From Sulfolobales archaeon (lineage in GTDB: Archaea > Thermoproteota > Thermoprotei_A > Sulfolobales > NBVN01): a stretch of 64,000 nucleotides of DNA. Below the pieces are notes generated by a model. It worked only from the letters and a program-made list of their open reading frames with translations, was not told the DNA's origin and did no database searches. Below, piece after piece: positions 9,533 through 18,767 of the stretch (the first letter of the stretch is position 1; every line of letters starts with the position of its first letter). The translations under genes and the position numbers were made by a program. The DNA lies in contig JAWBTQ010000002.1 in the NCBI GenBank assembly GCA_038841535.1, positions 64,001 through 128,000 of the forward strand, given 5' to 3'.

Positions 9533-10429
9533 ATGAGCTCATCTTGGGTTTTAAAGAAGAGAGCTGCTTACTTAGAGGGTTTCATATCTACGTTGGTTAA
9601 CTTAGCCTTATTTTTAGTTAAGTACTTCGTTGGTATTGTGTTCAACTCTGTAGCTATTGTTGCGGATGCTTTTCACACTCTATCCGACTCTCTAACTTCT
9701 ATCGTTCTCGTAGCTGGGTATAGAGTTGCCGATAAGCCTGCCGATAGAGAGCACCCGTTCGGACATGGTAGAGCTGAAACCGTAGGAGGACTTATCATAG
9801 GTGTATTACTCAGCGTTGTTGCGTACAGTTTTACGGTATCTAGCTACGAGAAGCTCTTGACTGCAGTCCCCCTCGAGTACTCAGACATACTTATAGTAGT
9901 GCTAATCGCTTCGACGATCTTTAAGGCCGCCCTAGGCCTTTGGGCTTATAGACTCGGTGGGAAACACGAGAGTCAGCCGATAGTGGCAGATGCCTGGCAT
10001 CATGCTAGTGATGCTATAGCTACCGCCCTACTGGCAGTAGCCATATATGTCGGCAAAGACTACTGGTGGCTAGATGCTGTACTAGGAATAGCTGTTTCAG
10101 CACTTATTTTCATAACAGCAGCTAAAATAGTCTATGAGAGCTCGTCAGAGCTGCTCGGGAGGTCTCCTAGCAGAATAGAGTTAGACAGACTCGTAGAAGC
10201 TGTGCGAGAAGCCTATCCCGCGGTAAAGCGGGTTCACCATATACACTTCCACAAATACGGAAACCATATAGAAGTAACACTACATATAGAGCTACCCGGT
10301 GGGACACCACTCCGGGAAGCTCATGAAGTAGCAACTAAGATCGAGAATGCTGTGAGGAGTAAGTTAGGATATGAAACAACGGTACACGTAGAGCCGGGAG
10401 GAGAGCTCGTAAAAGACCATGTTGACTAG
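9533..10429 (+). CDS. Cation diffusion facilitator (FieF-like)
   Basis: HTLSD and HHASD metal sites, HPFGHGRAE, C-terminal HVEP. Confidence 0.9.
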   Translation: MSSSWVLKKRAAYLEGFISTLVNLALFLVKYFVGIVFNSVAIVADAFHTLSDSLTSIVLVAGYRVADKPADREHPFGHGRAETVGGLIIGVLLSVVAYSFTVSSYEKLLTAVPLEYSDILIVVLIASTIFKAALGLWAYRLGGKHESQPIVADAWHHASDAIATALLAVAIYVGKDYWWLDAVLGIAVSALIFITAAKIVYESSSELLGRSPSRIELDRLVEAVREAYPAVKRVHHIHFHKYGNHIEVTLHIELPGGTPLREAHEVATKIENAVRSKLGYETTVHVEPGGELVKDHVD

Positions 10430-10589
10430 TCGAATTCTCAGAGCGATATACCGAGTCTCTTGCCTACCTAGACCCTAAAATTTAGAGTAGGTCAAATCGG
10501 GTAAGTAAGACCCGCATTAAACTGGTTCTTTAACACGTGCTTATCCCAAGATTTAATTATCTGCTTTAAATGTTCTTGAGGGGGTTTAC

Positions 10590-11530
10590 GTGTCCCTCTA
10601 TGTGCGCTGGGTGTAGTCGAAGGAAGTTGAGCTAAGCTATAGGTTTCTGAGTAGGAGTTCTTTGAAAGCCGTAGTTCTTGTTCATGGAAACCTCTCTTCT
10701 TCCGCTATATGGGAGGACGTTATGAGAGCTGTTAAGGAGGACTTTGATGTACTCGCACCAGATCTAAGGGGTTTTGGTAATAGTGGGAGGGCTCCTGTCG
10801 ACGCTACGAGAGGTCTTAGGGATTTCTCAGAGGACTTGCTTGAGCTCCTCTCTATACTCGGCTATAAAGGCTACGTTATGGTTGAGCACAGTATGGGAGG
10901 TGGCGTAGTCCTTCAAGCCCTACTTGATGCTCCTAGTAGTGTTAGAATCAAGAAGGTAGTACTCGTGGACCCTATCTCTCCATACGGATATGGGGGGACT
11001 AAGGACGAATTCGGAACACCATGTCATAGTGACTATGCCGGCTCTGGTGCTGGGCTAGTTCTGAGGTATAACCCCGATTCCGTTAACTTGCTGAAAGCTA
11101 AGTACACGGGAGTAGACCACCCTTCAGCTCCAGAAAATGCCATTAAGTCTCTATTTGCTGACGATTTCGTCATCAGTGAACAACTTCAAAAGAAGCTTCT
11201 AGACATGCCGTTTAGTGTAGAAGTAAGTGTAGATAATTACCCTGGAGATTATGTGGAGAGCCCGAACTGGCCTTATGTGGCACCCGGCACTAGAGGAGTT
11301 CTCAACGCTATGTCCCCGAAGCATATGAACATCTACAAAGTGGTTAACGCTCCATTAAAGCCCCCCGTTCTCTTGGTTCACGGCAGCAAGAATATAATTA
11401 TCTCAGATATGTCACTACTAGACCTAGATGTCCTAGGAACGATGGGCTTCGTCCCGGGGTATCCCGGTCGAAATGTATTCCCATCCCAACCTATGGTTAG
11501 CAGATTAAGGTGTTTCTAGAACCAGAGTAG
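10590..11530 (+). pseudogene. Decayed alpha/beta hydrolase
   Basis: RBS-preceded GTG at 10590 is in frame but interrupted by TAG at 10614-10616; nucleophile elbow is EHSMGG rather than GHSMGG; frame ends at 11519 before any catalytic His; HGNLSS and APDLRGFG retained. Confidence 0.7.
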
Positions 11531-11845
11531 CTAGTGACATGCTCATTCCGTCTTAGTCAATACTGTGTCCACTAACTTTCGAGCTCTGCCAATACTTGTG
11601 ACTCCCAGCGAGTGCCTTATCCACTCTCTTTATACTGAAGGCGATGTTGTTGGATTAGACCTAGTTTCCGATCCAAACGCCGCGATGGGGGTAAACTCAG
11701 ATAACAATACTGCACACGCTTGACCAACCACTAATAGGAGCCAGCTCGCAGAGCAGACTTGCTAGTTTGTGACTATAGTACTTAAATTCGTTAAAACTTT
11801 TTAAGCTCTCGTCCAATGAGTATAAAGGGACCACGGTGACCTGTT

Positions 11846-12979
11846 ATGGTTAAAGAAAAAGTTCCCTTTCTAAGGCGTATGGCTTATGCTGCTACTACTG
11901 CCGTAATTCTTCAGAGTGTTTGGATAGGCGGTGGTTTCGGGTCTGGAAGAGAGATAGTCGAGTTCATAGCTAAATACGGTTCTTTTGCGTGGGCATCCAT
12001 TGTGGTATCGGCTGTAGCACTAGCGTTAGCACTCATCCCCTCCCTAGAGATAGCCAGAGTATTCAAGGCATATGACTACATGACATGGTCAAAGCAGTTC
12101 TTGTGGAGGTTTTGGTGGGTGTTCGACATATCCTTCATAGTTCTCGCATGGATCGTCATAGCTGTTGTTGGCGCTGCCGCCGGCTATATGCTCTCAGACA
12201 TCGCGGGCATACCGTTTGCTGTATCGGCCACGATTGTAATAGTCGTAGTAGGAATACTCCACTTCTTCGGTAGGAAGGTTATTGAAGCATACTGGATCGT
12301 AGGAACCATCGGGCTTTATGTCATGTACTTTATAATTTGGAGCTACGTTCTAATGGCTGTTGGAGTCAAAGCCTTCGAGAACCTGAGGGCGGGACTCTAC
12401 ATGGGGACGTTCTCAGAGGCTATCGTTGACGGGTTTAGGTATACCCTTTACAACCTGTGCGTAGTAATGCCTGCTCTAGAGTCCGTCGATAGGTATAAGG
12501 GGAGAGCAGAAAGCCTTATAGCCACGCTACTAGCAGTTTTACTGGTCTACGGTGCCGCTACGGCGATATGGATATGCTTTATGGCTTACTACCCAGGGGT
12601 CGTAGGTATGACTGTGCCATGGTACGACATCCTTAAGAGTATGGGAGCGTACTGGGCACTAGGGATATACGTATTCTGGATATTCTATACATTGGTTGAA
12701 ACAGCTTTGGGTATGGTATATGCTATTGTGAGAAGGGTCGACGCCCAGCTGCGGCTTCGCGGAAAGGCGTTGGGAAGAGTCGGAGAAGCCGTGTTGTCAG
12801 TTATCATATTGGTGGTGTCTATAGTAACAGCTCAAGCAGGTCTGGTAGCACTTGTAGCAGCCGGTTATGGCACGATGGCGTGGGTCTTCTTCGGTGTATA
12901 CTTCCTTCCCATGATAGCCATAGGCTTGCCGAGACTGATAAACCCAAGTTGGAAGAGGGAGTTCTGGGCTAAAGCTTAG
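11846..12979 (+). CDS. YkvI-like membrane protein, putative amino-acid transporter
   Basis: IGGGFGSGREIVEF motif, about 10 TM segments. Confidence 0.75.
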   Translation: MVKEKVPFLRRMAYAATTAVILQSVWIGGGFGSGREIVEFIAKYGSFAWASIVVSAVALALALIPSLEIARVFKAYDYMTWSKQFLWRFWWVFDISFIVLAWIVIAVVGAAAGYMLSDIAGIPFAVSATIVIVVVGILHFFGRKVIEAYWIVGTIGLYVMYFIIWSYVLMAVGVKAFENLRAGLYMGTFSEAIVDGFRYTLYNLCVVMPALESVDRYKGRAESLIATLLAVLLVYGAATAIWICFMAYYPGVVGMTVPWYDILKSMGAYWALGIYVFWIFYTLVETALGMVYAIVRRVDAQLRLRGKALGRVGEAVLSVIILVVSIVTAQAGLVALVAAGYGTMAWVFFGVYFLPMIAIGLPRLINPSWKREFWAKA

Positions 12980-13966
12980 CGGAGATTTATAGCGACTCGC
13001 TAAAAATATAACCGTACTAACCTTTTTCTGAGTACACTCACATGGATGATTCATTCCGCTTTTAAGTAGCTTAGGCCAACGTGTTTAACAAGAGAATTCT
13101 GTTGAGTAAGTAGACCACTAAGGTCTCGTTAAATAGTCTTAGGAAATTGAGGAAAGTGCTTCAGACCCGCGCTCGTAACACGAGCATCTTGAGGTTACGA
13201 GAATTGGAGCTGGAAAACCTCGAGAAAGTAGTTGAGAGTTATAGATGCCCTCACACGCGGGGAGGTTGCGGCCGCGGCGCTAAAGGACTTTGAAAGGGTA
13301 GGAGCTGAGTTTCTAGGGAGTGTACCCATAATAACCGCCCCCGATCTCTATACGAGATCCTCTCTACTTACGTGAACGCCTGCGGAGACGCTATAGCGGC
13401 AACGTATGTGGTAAGAGTCTGTGGTTACAGGGTTAGTAGCGCGGAGAGTAGACTACTAGAGCTTGTAGCTGTTTCTTTTCTCTAGGTTTCTGTAGGTCTC
13501 TCTACGGCTCTTGGAGCTCTTGGTGTAACCAGGTATACACAAACGTTAGCGAGTACCCTGCGTCTATAAACTGTAGTCGGTGACCCCTAGCTCCCGAGCT
13601 CTCTCCCCACGGTCTATCGTAGGTCTCGTGGGGAAACCGTGATGGATCACTTGGGAGAAAACTAAAAACCTTGGGATGGGAAACAGTGTCTATCCCCAAA
13701 TCCGTACATGCTTTAATCCCGGTTATACCTCGTTTTTGCCGAATCCATTCCTACTTCCTTCTATGTGCGGATTCATGCGCTAGTGTCTGTTTTGAGATAA
13801 TGCTTCAGGAGGAGGTCTCATGGTTCCGGCGGCATTAGCTAGTTCGGTGTTATACATCGTACTATGCGGAGTAGCTCGTATCGGTATGGGGTCAATAGAG
13901 GTGGGGTCTGCCGCAGGCTATTTAGGAAAATTTTTGAGCGAGGAACTACGTTTACGGGGGCGCAAG

Positions 13967-14818
13967 GTGATAGTCGGCAAGCTGGGGCGTCTAGAGCTCG
14001 GAGATGGCCGACCAGTGCGGATAGCTGGCGTCATAAACGTCTCTCCGGAATCCTTCTATAAGGGGTCCGTAGTGCGACCGGAGGAAGCTGGTGGTGTGGC
14101 AGTTAGAATGGTCGAAGAGGGAGCTGAATTAGTGGACATAGGTGGGAGGTCGACTGCTCCGTATTTGAGGACTGACATACCCTTAGAGGAGGAGGTCAAG
14201 AGGGTTAGGGAGGCTGTCAAATCCGTCAAGGACGCTGTCAACGTCACGGTGTCTGTGGACACTTTTCGGGCTAGGGTCGCAGAGGAAGCCCTCAGATTGG
14301 GTGCTGAGGTAGTAAATGACGTAACTGGTCTGAGGGATGACGAGGGGATGATCAGAGTTCTAAAGGAGTACCGGCCTTCACTGATTGTGTGTGCTAGGGA
14401 GGTTAAACCAGGAGTAGGTAGACCTATAGACAGAGTTGTTAGAGCTCTAGCTGAGACTCTCGAGTTGTTGCGTAGAATAGACTACGATATAGAGAAAGTC
14501 GTAGTAGACCCCTGTATCGGGTTCTTTAGGTATCCTGACATTCCCTGGTATGTCTGGGACCTTAGCGTGATAGCTAGCTTAAGAGAAATGAGAACTCTAG
14601 GTAGACCTATAGCGATCGGGGTCTCTAGGAAATCGTTTATCGGAGTGCTCACAGGGCGCGATAAGCCCGAGGAGCGACTCTACGGCAGTTTAGCGCTAAC
14701 AGCAATCGCTGTACTAAACGGTGCCAATATGGTCAGAACGCACGACGTACTTCCAACCAAGGACGCCGTTAGAGCCATAGAAGGTTACGTGAGGTACGCA
14801 GGCCAGCAACTAACATAG
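13967..14818 (+). CDS. folP: Dihydropteroate synthase (likely start GTG 13967)
   Basis: GVINVSPESF, DIGGRSTAP, SVDT, NDVTG, DPCIGF, GVSRKSF, RTHDV. Confidence 0.92.
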   Translation: MIVGKLGRLELGDGRPVRIAGVINVSPESFYKGSVVRPEEAGGVAVRMVEEGAELVDIGGRSTAPYLRTDIPLEEEVKRVREAVKSVKDAVNVTVSVDTFRARVAEEALRLGAEVVNDVTGLRDDEGMIRVLKEYRPSLIVCAREVKPGVGRPIDRVVRALAETLELLRRIDYDIEKVVVDPCIGFFRYPDIPWYVWDLSVIASLREMRTLGRPIAIGVSRKSFIGVLTGRDKPEERLYGSLALTAIAVLNGANMVRTHDVLPTKDAVRAIEGYVRYAGQQLT

Positions 14819-14852
14819 TCGTCAGTCAATCCATGTTTACGCATTAATTACG

Positions 14853-15647
14853 CTAAGACGATACTCTAAGGTCTCTTTCGATTATTTCAGCAACTCTCTT
14901 ACCTGAGAGTAGCATGGAGCTAAATATCGGGCCCATTCTCGGGAGTCCGTATAGTGCGGCAACAGACATCCCAGACACGTATAGCCCGGGTAGCACTCTA
15001 CCAGTGTTTTCTACTACCAAGCTCTCGGACTTCTCTGAATAAGCTGCTTTCTCACCTGCTAGCACTAGGTTCACACCGGGGACTTTTTTCGATACCACTC
15101 GTAGTACTTCTGCATCATGACCTGTAGCATCAACTACCGCCCTACTTCTAACGAATAGGGGGTCAACGTGTAGTCCTGACAGGACTGCGGCACTCCATTG
15201 AAGCACCACACCCTCGACTCTAATAGGACTCTCTCTATAGATTACGTCCTCAACGTGAAGTCCGTGAATTATCTTAGCACCCGCATCGATAGCGCCCACA
15301 GCTAGTTTTGCCATAAGCTCTGAAGCGTCTAAGATGTAGAGGTTCTCTTCATCGTCTCTCGAGTACTTGACCTTAAACTCATCTAGTATCTGGGTAACTC
15401 TATCGTCAACAACTATCTTGTGTAAGAGCATGCCTCCTCCTCCTATTCCTCCACCAAAACTAAGCCTTCGCTCGAAGATGACCACTTTAAATCCTCTTTC
15501 AGCTAAGTACTTAGCTGCCGTCATACCTGAAGGACCCGCACCGACTACTGCGACATCAACTTTAGCTAGGTCTAGCCAATCTCGAGCTGTATTTCTCCAG
15601 ATCGCCCTAGAGATCCTCTCCTCAAGGCTCCTCATAGCCGTCACCAA
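14853..15647 (-). CDS. thi4: Sulfide-dependent ADP-thiazole synthase (non-Cys Thi4)
   Basis: [19 protein letters not shown] (His at the yeast Cys205 position), DATGHD, PRMGPIF. Confidence 0.92.
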   Translation of the reverse strand: MVTAMRSLEERISRAIWRNTARDWLDLAKVDVAVVGAGPSGMTAAKYLAERGFKVVIFERRLSFGGGIGGGGMLLHKIVVDDRVTQILDEFKVKYSRDDEENLYILDASELMAKLAVGAIDAGAKIIHGLHVEDVIYRESPIRVEGVVLQWSAAVLSGLHVDPLFVRSRAVVDATGHDAEVLRVVSKKVPGVNLVLAGEKAAYSEKSESLVVENTGRVLPGLYVSGMSVAALYGLPRMGPIFSSMLLSGKRVAEIIERDLRVSS

Positions 15648-15822
15648 GGAATATGTGCTCTTGTGTAAATAAGCAGATAAGCTCGGTAGGGAGCAATCTG
15701 AAGAATTGTGTAATAATAGAGAAGCTTTTTAACCATAGAATACCTTAAGACACCAAAAGCACTGCGTAAACGAGGAAAAACCTGGGTAAAGCTTTAACTT
15801 TCCGCTAGAGTTACTTAGTGTT

Positions 15823-16935
15823 TTACTCCATTAACTCCCAAGCTCTCGTAAGCGGTCTTAAACCATCTTCGGCAACTATGAAAGTGTCTTCAAGCTTCAA
15901 GGTTCCATACCCCCGCATTACGAGCGGTGAATGAACTAGAGCTAGCACCATCCCTCTTCTCGGTTCAGCGGCTCTGTGAGCTGGGACTATAGTAGTTATC
16001 GGGTACTCCTCCACCTGAAGCCCGACTCCATGTAGGTATCCGACGAGTCTCTTATCGAGAAGCCCGTACTTCGTGTAGACAGTGTCTAAGTGGCTGATCA
16101 CTTGAGTAAACTTAGTCCCAGGTTTTGTGAGATCTTTAGCTACCTCGTAGACTTCTCGCACGCATTTGAGTGCGTTATCGACTTCCTCTGTCTTAGAACC
16201 AATGAAAGTCGAAGCTGAAGTATTTGCGTAATACCCATTGAAGTCCGAGCCAACGACAACTGTTACAAAGGTATTCTTTCTTACTCTAACTTCTCTAGAA
16301 GGTTCTGAGTGGACCCTGGGGTGAGGACCCGCGTTTACGTATACGTGCGGTTCCTCTGAGCCAAGCTTGTACGCTAGGTAATATGCTTCAGCAGCTATGT
16401 CTGTTTCAGAAACTCCCTCACTAACAGATGAAATAGCTTTCTCGAGTACTCTACTAGAGATGTCACTAGCTCTCGATATAGCGTCCAGCTCGAAAGATTC
16501 TTTAATAGCTCTCATCTCTCCGAGAATCCGACTGATGTCCACTACCTCAACACTTCTGTTAGCCCTCTTGAACATCTCGTAGAACAGTACGTACGAGTCT
16601 CTCTCGACGCCGAACACCATACCAACTCTTTTAGACCCGAGAGAACGCACTAGAGCGCTGACTTTTCCCATAAGGTCACCCCCCTCTACGTATGTTACGA
16701 CCTCCAATTTCTTTAGCTTAACCCTCTCTAGAAAGCCGTCTTCTTCACCTTTTGCTATTAACGCTATTGGAGAACCTTCTGCTGGCACCAGTAGTGACGG
16801 TCTCAACCACTTAGCACCTACTAAGTACTTGAAGTCCGATTGCGTTCTGATGATAGCGCACTCAATACCGTTCTCAACGAGACTTTTTTGAAGCTTTCTT
16901 ACTCTCTCTTCGAAGACTTCCTGCGGCATTAGCAT
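15823..16935 (-). CDS. M24 (pita-bread fold) peptidase/creatinase-like protein; likely start ~16935
   Basis: Creatinase N-domain, RAIKE, GPHPRVH, HGVGL, KLEDT; several metal ligands substituted. Confidence 0.8.
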   Translation of the reverse strand: MLMPQEVFEERVRKLQKSLVENGIECAIIRTQSDFKYLVGAKWLRPSLLVPAEGSPIALIAKGEEDGFLERVKLKKLEVVTYVEGGDLMGKVSALVRSLGSKRVGMVFGVERDSYVLFYEMFKRANRSVEVVDISRILGEMRAIKESFELDAISRASDISSRVLEKAISSVSEGVSETDIAAEAYYLAYKLGSEEPHVYVNAGPHPRVHSEPSREVRVRKNTFVTVVVGSDFNGYYANTSASTFIGSKTEEVDNALKCVREVYEVAKDLTKPGTKFTQVISHLDTVYTKYGLLDKRLVGYLHGVGLQVEEYPITTIVPAHRAAEPRRGMVLALVHSPLVMRGYGTLKLEDTFIVAEDGLRPLTRAWELME

Positions 16936-16945
16936 TTTTCCATCC

Positions 16946-17338
16946 CTACTGTTGCTTACTGAAAACTCTAACACATATCTGGCACACCATCGGATTGAAG
17001 CGCCTATCTAATTTCTCGTGAAAACTGCATAAAGCCTTCGCCGATAAGAGCTTCACGACTGCCTTGACTATTTCTTCCTCTATCTTATGTTCAGAGGCTT
17101 CTCCAGACTCCACTAAGTACGCTATTTTGTCTACGGCATTTCTAACCACGGGGTGGTGTCCTACCTCCAGTAGCTTACCTCTTTCTCCTTTTGCGTATCT
17201 ACTCACTAGGGACTTAGATATCCCTAAAGCTCTAGATACCTCAACCTTAGAAAACCCTTTACGCAGAAGCTCAAGTACTGCCTCCCTCCTAATTGATGGA
17301 ACTACGTATCTAAAGGCTATTTCAAATACCGTGCTCAT
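16946..17338 (-). CDS. HTH transcriptional regulator with C-terminal CxxH/CxxC site (COG2522-like)
   Basis: VVPSIRR, HTH (SKVEVSRALGISKSLVSRY..GERG), LCSFH...CQIC. Confidence 0.75.
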   Translation of the reverse strand: MSTVFEIAFRYVVPSIRREAVLELLRKGFSKVEVSRALGISKSLVSRYAKGERGKLLEVGHHPVVRNAVDKIAYLVESGEASEHKIEEEIVKAVVKLLSAKALCSFHEKLDRRFNPMVCQICVRVFSKQQ

Positions 17339-17339
17339 T

Positions 17340-18668
17340 TTAGAGTACCACTACCTTTTCCTTTATTTCCTCTGCCTTATTTATTACTTCAGTTAGGTCC
17401 TCAACTACCTCAGCAGTACCTATGATCTCTCCAGCATCGTTCTTTATCGGTACTATAATGACCCTCAGTATTCTGTCACCACTCTTCGTCCAGAACTCCC
17501 TGTAAGGGGCTTCACCTCTCTTAAGACTGTCTATGACCTTTCTAACGGTTAACTCAAGTCTAGGCGGGTGGCAGAACTCAACTCTCCTTCCGATGATAGT
17601 CCTTGCTCTGTCGAACCCTCGAGACAGCATGCTTTCGCTGTAGAACTTGACTCTATCGTCTCTATTAGCAAACGTTATCTCAATCGGTAGAGCCCTAAAA
17701 AGCCCCCTCAGCTCTTCTGTGTCTAGAAAACCTGTACCTAGGTCTAGGTCTCCACCTCTTCTGATTTCGTAGTTATCCGGCTCTACTCCCCTAGAAATAG
17801 CCATAAACTTAAACTCCGGAGGCAGTTTCTCTATTTGCTCTTCTGACACGGTGGTCGCAAACTCGTACGGCATTACGGGTTTCTCTGCAGGATTCCATAC
17901 TCTGCTATCTATTTGGACTAACCACGGAAACTTCCCCGCTTCTTCAGCTATAGCTACCCATTCACCCTCGCTCAATAGCGTTAATGCCGCAGGGTAGAGT
18001 ATTTTGTTTTCTCTAAACACCAGTTCCGAAATCTCTCGAGCTAGCTCCTGAGCTCTCCTAGCTAAGTCTTTTACAGTGCCTTCAACGTTCTGCTCATTTA
18101 ATAATGAATCTACGACTTCCTCAAGCTCTCTGAGCTTAACGACCACCTGATCTTCTCTACCCCACAGAACTCTTGGAACAGCTACGATACCCCTCCTCTC
18201 TAGATATGGAAACAGTAGCATCTGTATTTTTCTGTAATGGTATTTAACTTTTCTTAATTCTCTAAGTACTGCGGCAAGCTCACTTAAGTACTTGACAGCC
18301 TCACCTCTCTCCACACTGCCCGATAAGACCATCGAGAGCATCTCTAGTATCTCACTCTTCTTGAGTAAGAGCTCGTTTTCCTTAATCAAGAAGTAAACGA
18401 GGTGTCCGATTGGCACGTTTCCTAACTCTCGGGTCTGTAGGAACTCCCTGAAGAGTTCTACATGCAGATCGCACAACTTGAGTATATCGGTTATCGGGAT
18501 CCCCTCCTTCACTAGTTCTTGCTCTATTAGAGGTATCTCGAAGGGCGATACTGTTTCTAGCACCTGTTTAAACCTCTCCTTAAGTTCGTCGACTCCAACT
18601 CCTCTGTGAAGGTCCTTCAGTATCGTCTTTACGAGCTCCAGCTTTTTGACATGATCTTGAGTTGACAC
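17340..18668 (-). CDS. DUF438 / hemerythrin-like / PAS domain protein
   Basis: EIPLIEQEL, LCDLH, HY.K..LLFP, ENKILYP, C-terminal PAS with IIGRRVEFCHPP. Confidence 0.85.
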   Translation of the reverse strand: MSTQDHVKKLELVKTILKDLHRGVGVDELKERFKQVLETVSPFEIPLIEQELVKEGIPITDILKLCDLHVELFREFLQTRELGNVPIGHLVYFLIKENELLLKKSEILEMLSMVLSGSVERGEAVKYLSELAAVLRELRKVKYHYRKIQMLLFPYLERRGIVAVPRVLWGREDQVVVKLRELEEVVDSLLNEQNVEGTVKDLARRAQELAREISELVFRENKILYPAALTLLSEGEWVAIAEEAGKFPWLVQIDSRVWNPAEKPVMPYEFATTVSEEQIEKLPPEFKFMAISRGVEPDNYEIRRGGDLDLGTGFLDTEELRGLFRALPIEITFANRDDRVKFYSESMLSRGFDRARTIIGRRVEFCHPPRLELTVRKVIDSLKRGEAPYREFWTKSGDRILRVIIVPIKNDAGEIIGTAEVVEDLTEVINKAEEIKEKVVVL

Positions 18669-18767
18669 GTGTCACACCATTATAAAATCGCAAGAAAGGT
18701 TTATAAGCTTTTCCGTAGCTTGAGAATGTGCTAGTTTAATTTTTAATTCGTTTCGCTATCTCTTCAC

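Noticed and set aside
10453-10513. Imperfect long hairpin after the CDF gene as an H/ACA RNA
   Set aside because: No ACA box at the proper distance and no clear K-turn; may be a terminator or decayed repeat.
10614-10616. In-frame TAG as possible pyrrolysine or readthrough site
   Set aside because: The same gene has other inactivating lesions, there are no pyl genes in the window, and TAG is a common true stop here.
13081-13485. Coding-like fragments (MRVIDA..., GDAIAAT) suggestive of a decayed vapBC/PIN module
   Set aside because: Fragments are too short and broken to assign without a homology search.
15648-15822. TPP riboswitch upstream of thi4
   Set aside because: No CUGAGA/ACCUGA core or GC-rich helices.
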